A stretch of 39,576 bases of DNA from Nitrosospira sp. (GCA_050741585.1 JBOIFK010000267.1:1-39576), one strand, 5' to 3'. Counted from the first letter of the stretch, positions 9,399-21,094 are shown. Program-made: numbers and translations. The notes: a model not told the origin generated them from the letters alone.

Positions 9399-10048
9399 AC
9401 CGCCAATTCGCCATGATTGAGCGCAAAAATATGCAGCCGCGTGCTTCCCAGCAACTCCACGTCATGGGTGGCGATCAGGACAGTCACGCCCACCTGGTGA
9501 AATGATTTGAACATTTCCATGATATCTTTGGCGTAGTCAGCGTCAAGGTTGCTGGTTGGTTCGTCAGCGATGAGTATGGACGGTCGATTTACAATCGCGC
9601 GGGCGATGCACAGGCGTTGCTGCTCCCCGCCGGAAAGAGTAATGGGCCGTGCTTTTTCTTTGTCCAGCAATCCGACCTTGTCGAGCGCGGCGCGTACCCG
9701 TCCCGTGGCTGCTCTGGAATCAAAACCGCTGATTTGCAGAGGCAGCATCACGTTGTTGAACACGGTCCGGTCGAAAAGGATTTTTTGATCCTGGAAAACC
9801 AGGCCGAGGTTGCGTCGCAGGAATGGAATGGCCCCTCCTTTAAGCGCGCTCACATTCTGCCCATTGACAATAATACTGCCGGAAGTGGGACGTTCGATGG
9901 CGGCAATGAGCCTCAGCAGTGTGCTTTTGCCTGCTCCCGAATGGCCGGTGATCAGGGCCATTTCACCTGCCTCAAGAGTAAAGTCAATATTCCTGAGCGC
10001 ATCGAAACCGTTTGGATAACGTTTGCAGACCTGATTGAAGCTAATCAT
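9395..10048 (-). CDS. ftsE: Cell division ATP-binding protein FtsE
   Basis: TGHSGAGKSTLL, LSGGEQQR, ADEPT; ftsY-ftsE-ftsX-rpoH order. Confidence 0.95.
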   Translation of the reverse strand: MISFNQVCKRYPNGFDALRNIDFTLEAGEMALITGHSGAGKSTLLRLIAAIERPTSGSIIVNGQNVSALKGGAIPFLRRNLGLVFQDQKILFDRTVFNNVMLPLQISGFDSRAATGRVRAALDKVGLLDKEKARPITLSGGEQQRLCIARAIVNRPSILIADEPTSNLDADYAKDIMEMFKSFHQVGVTVLIATHDVELLGSTRLHIFALNHGELAV

Positions 10049-10099
10049 TGATTCTTTTGAATGTGTTGCCGACTTTAGTTTGCAATGCTTCCATAATTT

Positions 10100-11086
10100 T
10101 CAATCGAATACTGCTTCGACAAATTCACGCGCATCGAAGGGCCTCAAATCATCGATGCCTTCGCCTACGCCGATGAAGCGGATAGGCAGCGCCAGCTTTT
10201 GCTGGCGCTGCCTGGCGATAGCGGCGATTACGCCGCCTTTGGCGGTCCCGTCAAGCTTGGTAATGATAAGGCCGGTGAGACCGAGCGCGTTGTCGAAGGC
10301 CTGTACCTGATTCACCGCATTCTGACCAATATTGGCGTCGAGCACCAGTAACACTTCATGCGGTGCGCCTGGCTCGGCTTTGGCGATGACGCGCTTCACC
10401 TTTTTTATCTCCTCCATCAAATGCAATTGTGTGGCGAGCCGTCCGGCGGTATCCGCCAGCACAATATCGATGCCGCGCGCTTTGGCGGCATTGACCGCAT
10501 CGAAGATCACCGCCGCGGGATCTCCTTTTTGCTGATTGCTGCTCTCCTGTGCGATGACGGCGACACCGTTGCGCTCGCCCCAGGCCATCAGTTGCTCGCG
10601 TGCAGCGGCGCGAAACGTGTCGCCGGCCGCAAGCAGCACGGTTTTTCCCTGTAATTGAAAATGATTGGCGAGTTTGCCGATGGAGGTGGTTTTACCCGCG
10701 CCATTCACGCCCGTCAGCATGATAATGAAGGGTTTGCTTGCTTGTGTCTCAAGGGGTTGCGCCAGTGGTGCAAGCAGGGCGACCAGAGCTTCCTGTAATG
10801 CGCCTTTAAGCTGTACCGCATCGGTCAGGCCATTGCGCTTGACTTGCCTCCGCAGCTCATCAAGCAGCCAGGTCGTTGCATTCACTCCTGTATCCGCCGT
10901 AAGTAGGATGGTTTCCAGTTCTTCGAAGAGGGCTTCGTCTATCTTCCCTCCACCGAACAGGCCGGATAGCTGCTTTCCCAGGTTATCCCGGGTCCGGGAG
11001 AGGCCTTGTCTGACTCTGCTTGTCCAGTTCGTGGACGCAGCTCCCGCAGGGGCAGGGCTATTTTTGGATTTGAAGAAACTTGGCAT
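10100..11086 (-). CDS. ftsY: SRP receptor GTPase (short form without the long acidic domain)
   Basis: GVNGAGKTT, DTFRAAA, DTAGR, TKLDGTAKGG. Confidence 0.97.
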   Translation of the reverse strand: MPSFFKSKNSPAPAGAASTNWTSRVRQGLSRTRDNLGKQLSGLFGGGKIDEALFEELETILLTADTGVNATTWLLDELRRQVKRNGLTDAVQLKGALQEALVALLAPLAQPLETQASKPFIIMLTGVNGAGKTTSIGKLANHFQLQGKTVLLAAGDTFRAAAREQLMAWGERNGVAVIAQESSNQQKGDPAAVIFDAVNAAKARGIDIVLADTAGRLATQLHLMEEIKKVKRVIAKAEPGAPHEVLLVLDANIGQNAVNQVQAFDNALGLTGLIITKLDGTAKGGVIAAIARQRQQKLALPIRFIGVGEGIDDLRPFDAREFVEAVFD

Positions 11087-11191
11087 TCTGTTAGGCTGTT
11101 AACATTTGGTTAAAATTCGTGGCTGAAAACCGCAAGCAGGACTTTATTCCGGGATTTTATTCCGTTTACCCAGATTCAGGTTATTAAAAAA

Positions 11192-12592
11192 ATGAGACTT
11201 TATTGTCGTGTTACCGCTTTTTCTTCTGGTTTGCAGGTTGCTGCGATGGTCCTGGTTTCGCTGTTTTCGTCCGGAGCCTCTGCCACTGCACACGAATATA
11301 TGCTCGGCAATGGCCTTAAGCTGATCGTCAAGGAAGATCACCGCTCTCCGGTGGTCATCTCGCAAATCTGGTATAAGGCAGGCAGCATTGATGAGTTGAA
11401 CGGCACGACGGGGGTCGCCCATGTATTGGAGCATATGATGTTCAAGGGCACGAATAAAGTGCCCGGTGGCGAGTTTTCCAGGCGGATCGCGGCGGCAGGC
11501 GGACGTGAAAATGCTTTCACCAGCCGTGACTATACTGCCTATTTCCAGCAGTTACAAAAAGCCAGGCTGCCGCTGGCGATGGAACTGGAATCCGACCGCA
11601 TGCGCAATCTGGTATTGACGGAAGAAGAGTTCGCCAAGGAAATCAGAGTCGTGATGGAGGAACGCCGCTTGCGCACCGATGACCAGCCGCGCGCGCTGGT
11701 GCATGAGAAAATGGCGGCGACTTCTTATCAAACGCATCCATACCGGCGTCCGGTCATCGGCTGGATGAACGACCTGGAGAATATGAGCGTCGGCGATGCG
11801 AAAGAATGGTACGACCATTGGTACGCGCCCAACAACGCAGTGCTGGTCGTGGTCGGCGATGTGAAGCCAGGGGAAGTCTTCGCATTGGCGCAAAAGTATT
11901 ATGGCCATATCAAGTCACGCTCGCTGCTGCCGTTGAATAAGCGCAAGCCGCAGACCGAGCCGGTACAGGTCGGGATCAAGCGGATCACGGTAAAGGCGCC
12001 GGCCCGGTTGCCCTACCTCGTGATGGGTTATCATGCCCCGGTATTACGCAACCCCGCCGCGGATTGGGAGCCCTATGCGCTGGAAATGCTGGCAGGCGTG
12101 CTGGATGGCAACGACTCTGCGCGGCTTAACAAGGAGCTGGTGCGCGAGCAGCGTATCGCGAATTCAGCGGGTGCAGGCTATGATTCCACCGCGCGCGGTC
12201 CCGGGACGTTTTATCTCGACGGCACGCCCAGCGAAGGGAAAACAGTGACCGATCTGGAAGTCGCTTTGCGCAGTGAAGTGGAAAAACTCGTGCGCGATGG
12301 CGTAACCGAAGAGGAGCTCGCGCGAGTCAAGGCCCAGGTCGTGGCTGGCCATGTCTTTCAGCTCGACTCAATGTTTTTTCAGGCGATGCAGATCGGCCAG
12401 CTGGAAAGCATTGGGCTGTCATATCGTGATGTGGAGACGATGTTGAAAAAATTGCAAGCCGTGACTGCTGAACAGGTACGCGACGTGGCGAAAAAATATT
12501 TGAAGGACGAAAGCCTGACGGTTGCAGTACTCGATCCGCAACCGCTGGAGCAGAAGGCCCCTGCCCCTGCGCCCGCGGGGTTGCGGCATTGA
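11192..12592 (+). CDS. M16 family zinc peptidase, catalytic subunit, exported
   Basis: HxxEH (HVLEHMMFKGT), NAFTS, EERR; signal-like N-terminus; true start may be the ATG near 11246. Confidence 0.92.
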   Translation: MRLYCRVTAFSSGLQVAAMVLVSLFSSGASATAHEYMLGNGLKLIVKEDHRSPVVISQIWYKAGSIDELNGTTGVAHVLEHMMFKGTNKVPGGEFSRRIAAAGGRENAFTSRDYTAYFQQLQKARLPLAMELESDRMRNLVLTEEEFAKEIRVVMEERRLRTDDQPRALVHEKMAATSYQTHPYRRPVIGWMNDLENMSVGDAKEWYDHWYAPNNAVLVVVGDVKPGEVFALAQKYYGHIKSRSLLPLNKRKPQTEPVQVGIKRITVKAPARLPYLVMGYHAPVLRNPAADWEPYALEMLAGVLDGNDSARLNKELVREQRIANSAGAGYDSTARGPGTFYLDGTPSEGKTVTDLEVALRSEVEKLVRDGVTEEELARVKAQVVAGHVFQLDSMFFQAMQIGQLESIGLSYRDVETMLKKLQAVTAEQVRDVAKKYLKDESLTVAVLDPQPLEQKAPAPAPAGLRH

Positions 12593-12651
12593 GCAGCGGC
12601 GCGCTGCCGCCCGGATTGAAAGCGTTTTTTGGAAAGCCCCGAGAGGTTCTG

Positions 12652-13962
12652 ATGCACGTGATGCGCTTCATATTTATCCTGTTTTTGGGCATTTATTCCC
12701 AATGGGCGTTTGCCACCCTGCCGATCCAGTACTGGCAAACGCCCTCTGGGGCGCGGGTGTATTTCATCGAAAGCCGCGATTTACCGATACTCGATGTCAG
12801 TGTGGATTTCAGGGCTGGCAGCGGCACCGATACACCAGATAAATCCGGCCGTGCCGGCCTGACGCTTCATCTGGTGAATCTTGGCGCCGGGGGATTATCC
12901 GAAGATCAGATTGCCAAGGCGATCGCCGACGTCGGCGCTCAACTCGGCGCTCATTTCGATCAGGATCGCGCAGGCATTACGCTGCGCACATTGAGCAGCG
13001 CGCGGGAACGCAAGCAGGCGTTGGATATCCTTGCTAATGTCATACAGCATCCCGAGTTTGCTGTAAACGTCCTGGAGCGGGAACAGGCGCGGGTGGTTGC
13101 CGGGTTAAGAGAAGTGGATACCAAGCCGGACAGTATTGCCGACCGCGCGTTGATGAAAATGCTCTATGGTAGCCATCCATACGGATTACGCGGCTCAGGT
13201 GAGGTTGAAAGTGTCAGTGCGCTGCAGCGCGAGGATCTGGTGGATTTTTACCGGTCCCGCTATACCGCCGCCAATGCCGTCATATCCATCATGGGTGACG
13301 TCAGCCGCGCCGAAGCAGCGGCGATCGCTGAATCGCTGACGAAGGACTTGCCGCAAGGCAAGTTAGCGGATGCTTTGCCGACGGTAACAGCGCCGGTTGC
13401 CGAGACCAGAAGGATAGCCCACCCCGCCACGCAAAGCCATATATTGTTTGCCTATCCGGGGCTCCGTCGCGACGATCCTGATTATTTTCCGCTCCTCGTC
13501 GGCAATTACATCCTTGGCGGAGGGGGGTTCACCTCGCGCCTGATGGAAGAAATCCGCCAGAAACGCGGACTGGCTTACAGCGTGCACAGCCACTTTACTC
13601 CGCTAGAGAGGCTCGGGCCGTTCGAAATCAGCCTTCAAACCCGGAAGGAGCAATCAGAAGAGGCGCTCACGCTGACACGCAAAATTCTGGCCGATTTTGT
13701 CGCTGGCGGCCCAACAGAAAAAGAACTCGTCGCCGCCAAGCAAAACATTATTGGCAGCTTTCCATTGCGCATCGACAGCAACAAGAAAATCATTGGATAT
13801 CTCGCCGTGATCGGTTTTTATAATCTCCCCCTCACCTATCTGGAAGACTACGTTAAGGCGGTGGGCAGGGTAACCGTTGCCCAAATCACCGACGCTTTTC
13901 AGCGGCGTATCAAACCCGATGGGATGGTGGCCGTTGTGGTGGGGGCTGTGGAAGAGAAATAG
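12652..13962 (+). CDS. M16 family peptidase-like non-catalytic subunit, exported
   Basis: No HxxEH; ILGGGGFTSRL and RQKRGLAY; GAGAGG SD before ATG 12652; signal peptide. Confidence 0.9.
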   Translation: MHVMRFIFILFLGIYSQWAFATLPIQYWQTPSGARVYFIESRDLPILDVSVDFRAGSGTDTPDKSGRAGLTLHLVNLGAGGLSEDQIAKAIADVGAQLGAHFDQDRAGITLRTLSSARERKQALDILANVIQHPEFAVNVLEREQARVVAGLREVDTKPDSIADRALMKMLYGSHPYGLRGSGEVESVSALQREDLVDFYRSRYTAANAVISIMGDVSRAEAAAIAESLTKDLPQGKLADALPTVTAPVAETRRIAHPATQSHILFAYPGLRRDDPDYFPLLVGNYILGGGGFTSRLMEEIRQKRGLAYSVHSHFTPLERLGPFEISLQTRKEQSEEALTLTRKILADFVAGGPTEKELVAAKQNIIGSFPLRIDSNKKIIGYLAVIGFYNLPLTYLEDYVKAVGRVTVAQITDAFQRRIKPDGMVAVVVGAVEEK

Positions 13963-14035
13963 CAACGGCTCCCAAACATTGTTTCCCACGTCAATTTCCG
14001 GCCAAACGCTTTATCAAATATTTCATTGCGTGCAT

Positions 14036-14576
14036 GTGATCAGAAATGAAGTCCGCATCATTGGGGGTGAATGGCGCAGCCGCATAATCACTTTTCCCGG
14101 CGACGCCGATCTGCGCCCGACACCTGATCGGGTACGCGAGACCGTATTCAACTGGCTGGGACAGGATCTGAGCGGCAAGACTTGTCTTGATCTGTTTGCG
14201 GGCAGTGGGGCGATGGGTTTCGAGGCTGCGTCACGTGGGGCGGAGAGGATCGTAATGGTCGAATCCAGCCCCGCCGTATTGAAGGCGCTGAAAGCCAGTT
14301 CGCTAAAACTGGGAGCGGAGCAGGTCCAGTTGGTGGCAATGGATGCGTTAAAATTCCTGGATTCCAATCGACAACGGTTCGATGTGATTTTTCTTGATCC
14401 GCCCTTTCGGCTGGGCTTGGTACCCAGGTTGCTCTCTTTACTTTCATTACGCCTTGCCGAAGACGGAGTGGTCTATGTGGAAGACGATAACTTTTCAGAC
14501 CCCGGTATGGGCTGGGTGGTTTGGCGCAAGGGATGCGCGGGTAAAGTATATTATCAACTGTTAAAACGCGGGAACG

Positions 14577-14584
<8 letters not shown>
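14036..14584 (+). CDS. rsmD: 16S rRNA m2G966 methyltransferase
   Basis: [45 protein letters not shown] start chosen from the domain boundary. Confidence 0.93.
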
Positions 14585-16037
<1,453 letters not shown>

Positions 16038-16187
16038 TTTTTTGCCTTCTTTATTTACCAGTGACTTCGAACGGCTTACCCATGGGAACACAAAGAAATA
16101 ATTGATGGAGCAGGAGCATAGTAGGACTACTCAACTTTACGGTCAAGCCGCAGTTGCGCCCGCAAGGGGATTTATTCAGAGCGCGCG

Positions 16188-19100
16188 TCAATAAATTACC
16201 CTGACGTTTTCCGCTTTGAAATGTGCCGACAAAGATTGCAGCAGATTGTCCTGGAGACTGACTCGCCATGTGTCACCCAGCGCAAGCTCGCAAGCAGCGC
16301 TCTGACTGCGATAAACCACTAATACCGGGCAGAACCAGCCATTGCCGCCTTTATTGTGATCCGTGCCGCCGGGACCAAGGCTGCTGCGATAGGGCGCAAG
16401 TAACTCCTTGAGCCTGGCCACATTCGAGAGGCCATTGCAATGGAGTTCCATGCGCTTGGCGTAACGCGAGCGAGCGCTGTCGATGTTATATAACTGATCG
16501 GCGGAAATACGCAGCCCACCACCATACTCGTCATCACCCCCCCTATTGCTCACCCTGGCTTCAACCAAAAGTAGTTGATCTTCTTTCAACCAGCTGCGCG
16601 CAGCCTCGAATAATTCGCTGTACACAACCAGTTCCACGCGCGCACTCCCATCGTCCAGCACGACCACTCCCATCCTGCCGCGCCGCGTCACTTGTGTGCG
16701 TACCGCGTAGATGATGCCCGCCAGAAGTTGTGGTTCCCGCTGGGGATTCAGCCGGTCCAGCCGGGTGCGCACGAAATTTTTCAGTTCTTCCGCATAGGCA
16801 TTGAACGGATGTCCGCTCAAATAGAATCCCAGCGCCATTTTTTCATTTATGAGCCTTTCCTTCTCGAGCCACGAGGGGACATTAACCAAATTCGATTGCT
16901 CTGTTGGATGGTCGCCCTCGCCAAACAAGCTCACTTGATTAACCGCACGGCCGATCTGTTCGGCAGACTCAAGTGCGATGCCGACCGATGCCAGCAGGCC
17001 TGCACGATGGCTATTGATGGAGTCAAACGCACCGGCCCGGATCAATGACTCCATGACACGGCGGTTGACGATTCGCTTGTCCACCCGGCGGCAGAAATCG
17101 AACAGGTCTGTGTAGGGTCCATCCTGATCACGCGCCTTGAGGATTGCTGCAATTGCCGACTCCCCCGTCCCTTTTACCGCTCCCAAGCCATAGCGGACGG
17201 TTTTCCCGTCCACGGGAATAAAGCGATAACCGGAAAGATTGATATCGGGAGGGAGAATGCTAAGACCATTGGCAATGCTATCCTCAAAAAACGCGTGGAC
17301 CTTGTCGGTATCGTCCATATCTGCCGATAGGGTGGCGGCCATGAATTCGGCGGGGTGATGTGCCTTGAGGTAGGCGGTCTGGAATGCGATCAAGGCATAA
17401 GCCGCCGCGTGCGACTTGTTGAATCCATAGCCCGCGAATTTTTCCATCAGGCTAAAAAGCTCGGTTGCGTCACGTGCTGTCAAGCCGCTCCTTGTCGCGC
17501 CGGCGACAAAAATATCGCGGTGCAGAGCCATTTCCTCAACCTTCTTCTTGCCCATCGCCCGCCGCAGCAGATCGGCGCTGCCAAGGCTGTAACCGCCGAT
17601 CACTTGCGCGATTTGCATGACCTGCTCCTGATAGATCATCACGCCGTACGTGGGTTCAAGTATGGGTTGCAGTCGCGGATCAAGATATTCCACGCGCTTA
17701 CCATGTTTGCGTTCCGTAAATTCGGGAATCAGGGCCATCGGGCCGGGGCGGTATAATGCCACGAGCGCAATGATGTCCTCAAAACGGTCGGGCCTGGCTT
17801 TTTGTAACAACTCTTTCATGCCGCGCGACTCGAACTGGAACACGCCTACTGCGTTACCCTGCCGCAATAGCGCATAGGTAGCGGGATCATCCAGAGGGAG
17901 ATTTTCCAGACAAAAGAGGTCGGGATTTCCAGTTCCGGATTCAGCCGCTTTCCCGCTGACACCACTCGCGGCTTGTGCAGATTCCCCTTTTGTGGCTTCT
18001 GAATTCCGCTGCCTGATGTATCTGATGGTCCAGTCGAGTATGGTTAAGGTTCGCAATCCCAGGAAGTCGAACTTTACCAAGCCGATTTTCTCCACGTCAT
18101 CCTTGTCCAGCTGGCTGATGACCGAATCACCCGAATCCGCGCAGTAGACCGGGCAGAAATCAGTAATCTTTCCCGAGGCGATCAGTACGCCGCCGGCGTG
18201 CATGCCAACATTGCGCGTCAAGCCTTCGAGGCGCTCGGCCAACTCCAGCAGAGTACGCACCTCCTCTTCGGCTTGTGCGCGCTGATTCAGCTGCGGCTCC
18301 TCCTCACGCGCTTTTTTCAAGGTCATGCCGAGATCGAGCGGCACCAGCTTTGCCAACTGATCGACAAAGTTATAAGGCAGATCCAGTACCCGCCCGACGT
18401 CGCGCACCACTGCTTTTGCCGCCATGGTGCCGAACGTGGCAATCTGGGAAACGCTCTCGGCGCCATACTTCTGCTTCACGTATTCGATCACGTGTTCGCG
18501 TCCGTCCTGGCAGAAATCGATATCGAAGTCAGGCATGGAAACCCGCTCCGGATTAAGAAAACGTTCAAACAGTAAATCGTAACGAAGTGGATCCAGGTCA
18601 GTAATACCCAGAGAGTAAGCAACGAGCGAACCCGCGCCGGAGCCTCGACCCGGCCCGACCGGCACACCGTTGTGCTTGGCCCAGTTGATAAAATCGGCAA
18701 CGATCAGAAAATAACCGGCAAATCCCATCTGCACAATAGTGGTCGCCTCGAAATCCAGCCGGGCGCGATATTTGGACACGTTGGCGTCGCGTCGGGCGGC
18801 GTCTGGAAAGAGCACGTTCAGACGTTCGTCCAGGCCGGCATGGGCCTGATCGCGCAGGTATAGCTCCAGGCTTTCGTTATTGGGAGTAGGAAACAGCGGG
18901 AGGCGATTCACTCCCAGTTCCAGCGTGAGATTGCAGCGCTTCGCCAGTTCCACGCTGTTGGCGAGCGCCGAAGGAATGTCGGCGAATAATGCCGCCATTT
19001 CGGCCTGGGTCTTGAAGTATTGCTGCTCGGTGCAATTCCTGGGGCGGCGGCGATCGCCCAGAACGTAACCTTCCGCGATGCATACCCTTGCTTCGTGCGC

Positions 19101-19745
19101 CCTGTAATCGTCGGGATTCAGAAACTGTACCGATTGTGTTGCCACGACCGGCAGATGCAAAGTGGATGCCAGCAGCAGCGAGCGCTGCACGAGAGACTCG
19201 GCATTGGCATGCCCTACCCGCTGTACTTCAATATAAAAACGGCCGGGAAACAAGTTCGTCCATTCCCGCGCCAGCCTTTCCGCCTGAACCAGATTATTCT
19301 GCATCAACATCAGGCCGATGTCGCCAGAATTTGCACCCGACAAGGCGATCAATCCCGCTGTCCCGCTTTTGCTTTCGTTAAACCAGGATTTCTTGATTTC
19401 AGCCCGCCCATGGCGCTGATTTTCACGATAGGCGCGTGATACCAGCCGGCACAGCAGCAGGTAGCCGACGTAGGACTGGCACAGCAGTAAAAGGCGCGCT
19501 GGCTTGTCGCGATCGTCGTCGTTGCTTACCCAGACATCGCAGCCGATAATCGGTTTTATGCCGTTATCACGCGCCTCCCGGTAAAATTTCACCAGGCCGA
19601 ACAGGTTGGAAAGATCGGTGAGCGCCAGTGCCGGCATGCCGTCGGATACCGCTTTCGCCACCGCTTCGTCGATGCGCACGATACCGTCCACAATGGAATA
19701 TTCGCTGTGCAAGCGCAGATGGACGAAGGTTGGAGATGTGGGCAT
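16188..19745 (-). CDS. dnaE: DNA polymerase III alpha subunit
   Basis: PHP HLRLHSEYS, GPGRGSGAGS, MPDFDIDF, KFDFLGL, YGFNKSH; 1185 aa; no intein seen. Confidence 0.98.
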   Translation of the reverse strand: MPTSPTFVHLRLHSEYSIVDGIVRIDEAVAKAVSDGMPALALTDLSNLFGLVKFYREARDNGIKPIIGCDVWVSNDDDRDKPARLLLLCQSYVGYLLLCRLVSRAYRENQRHGRAEIKKSWFNESKSGTAGLIALSGANSGDIGLMLMQNNLVQAERLAREWTNLFPGRFYIEVQRVGHANAESLVQRSLLLASTLHLPVVATQSVQFLNPDDYRAHEARVCIAEGYVLGDRRRPRNCTEQQYFKTQAEMAALFADIPSALANSVELAKRCNLTLELGVNRLPLFPTPNNESLELYLRDQAHAGLDERLNVLFPDAARRDANVSKYRARLDFEATTIVQMGFAGYFLIVADFINWAKHNGVPVGPGRGSGAGSLVAYSLGITDLDPLRYDLLFERFLNPERVSMPDFDIDFCQDGREHVIEYVKQKYGAESVSQIATFGTMAAKAVVRDVGRVLDLPYNFVDQLAKLVPLDLGMTLKKAREEEPQLNQRAQAEEEVRTLLELAERLEGLTRNVGMHAGGVLIASGKITDFCPVYCADSGDSVISQLDKDDVEKIGLVKFDFLGLRTLTILDWTIRYIRQRNSEATKGESAQAASGVSGKAAESGTGNPDLFCLENLPLDDPATYALLRQGNAVGVFQFESRGMKELLQKARPDRFEDIIALVALYRPGPMALIPEFTERKHGKRVEYLDPRLQPILEPTYGVMIYQEQVMQIAQVIGGYSLGSADLLRRAMGKKKVEEMALHRDIFVAGATRSGLTARDATELFSLMEKFAGYGFNKSHAAAYALIAFQTAYLKAHHPAEFMAATLSADMDDTDKVHAFFEDSIANGLSILPPDINLSGYRFIPVDGKTVRYGLGAVKGTGESAIAAILKARDQDGPYTDLFDFCRRVDKRIVNRRVMESLIRAGAFDSINSHRAGLLASVGIALESAEQIGRAVNQVSLFGEGDHPTEQSNLVNVPSWLEKERLINEKMALGFYLSGHPFNAYAEELKNFVRTRLDRLNPQREPQLLAGIIYAVRTQVTRRGRMGVVVLDDGSARVELVVYSELFEAARSWLKEDQLLLVEARVSNRGGDDEYGGGLRISADQLYNIDSARSRYAKRMELHCNGLSNVARLKELLAPYRSSLGPGGTDHNKGGNGWFCPVLVVYRSQSAACELALGDTWRVSLQDNLLQSLSAHFKAENVRVIY

Positions 19746-19942
19746 GTTGTCGCAAGACCGGACTCGATATTCGGAGTTTAATGCCAGTGCGATTGAGATT
19801 GATTCCGACTCAACTCGCGATCTGATTTTTAAAATATCGGTTTAAATTTTACACCAATTGAAAGTTCCAGACTTCCATGCCACTGCTGACGATGGCGGTC
19901 AGCCGCCTCTTCCTGAAAACAGCGTTGCCTCGTGTCAGTCGC

Positions 19943-20998
19943 TTAAACTGGAGTTGAAATCTGGAGCTGGGCCAGCTCATTGACAGGCCGTGCAGTCCAG
20001 CCCCCTTGTTCCCCCAAAAAACTGACAATTCTTTCCGGCAGCCATGTCAGCCTGCCGGGAAATGGCGGATTCAAAAATCCCGCATGCCCTCCTTCTTCAG
20101 GAAATTCCAGGGTGACTGCGGAGGAAACCTCATTTGGTTCAGGCAGCGCGGATGGCGGCATGAAAGGATCATTGAAGGCATTGATGACGAGCGTAGGTAT
20201 CTTGATACGCTTGAGCCACGGCTTGCTGCTGGATTGGCTCCAGTAGTCCTCGGTGTCCCGAAAGCCATGCAATGGCGCAGTGACGAGATTGTCAAATTGA
20301 TATAGCGTGGTGCATGACGCCACTGCGGCGGCATCAAACAGGTGGGGGTGGCGACCAAGCTTCTCCAGCGCCTTGCGCTTCAGCGTATCGAGAAAGTGGC
20401 GCGTATAGAGCAGGTTGAACCCCGATGCCAGAACTCTTCCCGCAGCGGCCAAATCCAGCGGAACGGAAACCGCGACGGCACCACCGATCAATTGGCTGGC
20501 TTGCTCGCCCTGCTCACCAAGCCATTTCAGAAAAGCATTACCCCCCAGCGATACTCCCACGACAAAGAGCGGTGCTGTGGAACCCGATAATCTGTTTTGT
20601 CCACCGATCCGGCGCAGTATCCAATCAATTTCCGCTGAATCGCCAGCATGATAGGCGCGCGGCAGTCGGTTGGGGGAACCTGAACAACCACGAAAATGCA
20701 CGACTCCGCCACGCCAGCCCAAGTCCCGCAGCATGGTCATAATGCTCAGGATGTAATGGCTGCATGAGCTTCCTTCAAGCCCATGAAACAGGATCACCAG
20801 CGGTGCATCGGCTGGATTATCCAGCCAGTCGATATCGATGAAATCTCCGTCGTCCAACTCCCAGCGTTCCCGCCGGTAAGCAATCGAGGGACGTGACAGC
20901 AGATAGGGATAAATGGTTTGCGCATGGCCGCCACGGAGCCAGGCAGGAGCAATATAGGGTTTGGTGCGCAAAGGAAGGGTGACGGTGGAGATTTTCAC
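19943..20998 (-). CDS. YheT-like alpha/beta hydrolase
   Basis: GGHAQT, FHGLEG, nucleophile elbow GVSLGG, NDP, GGH; start is GTG 20998 or TTG 20971, since the longer ORF-track start runs through the tRNA. Confidence 0.87.
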   Translation of the reverse strand: MKISTVTLPLRTKPYIAPAWLRGGHAQTIYPYLLSRPSIAYRRERWELDDGDFIDIDWLDNPADAPLVILFHGLEGSSCSHYILSIMTMLRDLGWRGGVVHFRGCSGSPNRLPRAYHAGDSAEIDWILRRIGGQNRLSGSTAPLFVVGVSLGGNAFLKWLGEQGEQASQLIGGAVAVSVPLDLAAAGRVLASGFNLLYTRHFLDTLKRKALEKLGRHPHLFDAAAVASCTTLYQFDNLVTAPLHGFRDTEDYWSQSSSKPWLKRIKIPTLVINAFNDPFMPPSALPEPNEVSSAVTLEFPEEGGHAGFLNPPFPGRLTWLPERIVSFLGEQGGWTARPVNELAQLQISTPV

Positions 20999-21006
20999 GC
21001 TAAATT

Positions 21007-21082
21007 TGGTAGGCCGTGCCAGATTCGAACTGGCGACCAACGGATTAAAAGTCCGCTGCTCTACCGGCTGAGCTAACGACCC
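21007..21082 (-). tRNA. tRNA-Lys (anticodon UUU)
   Basis: 76-nt cloverleaf GGGTCGTTAGCTCAGCCGGTAGAGCAGCGGACTTTTAATCCGTTGGTCGCCAGTTCGAATCTGGCACGGCCTACCA with encoded CCA. Confidence 0.97.
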
Positions 21083-21094
21083 AAAAGAACGGGC

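Noticed and set aside
16188..19745. Intein or split dnaE
   Set aside because: Continuous ORF of normal length with no splicing motifs.
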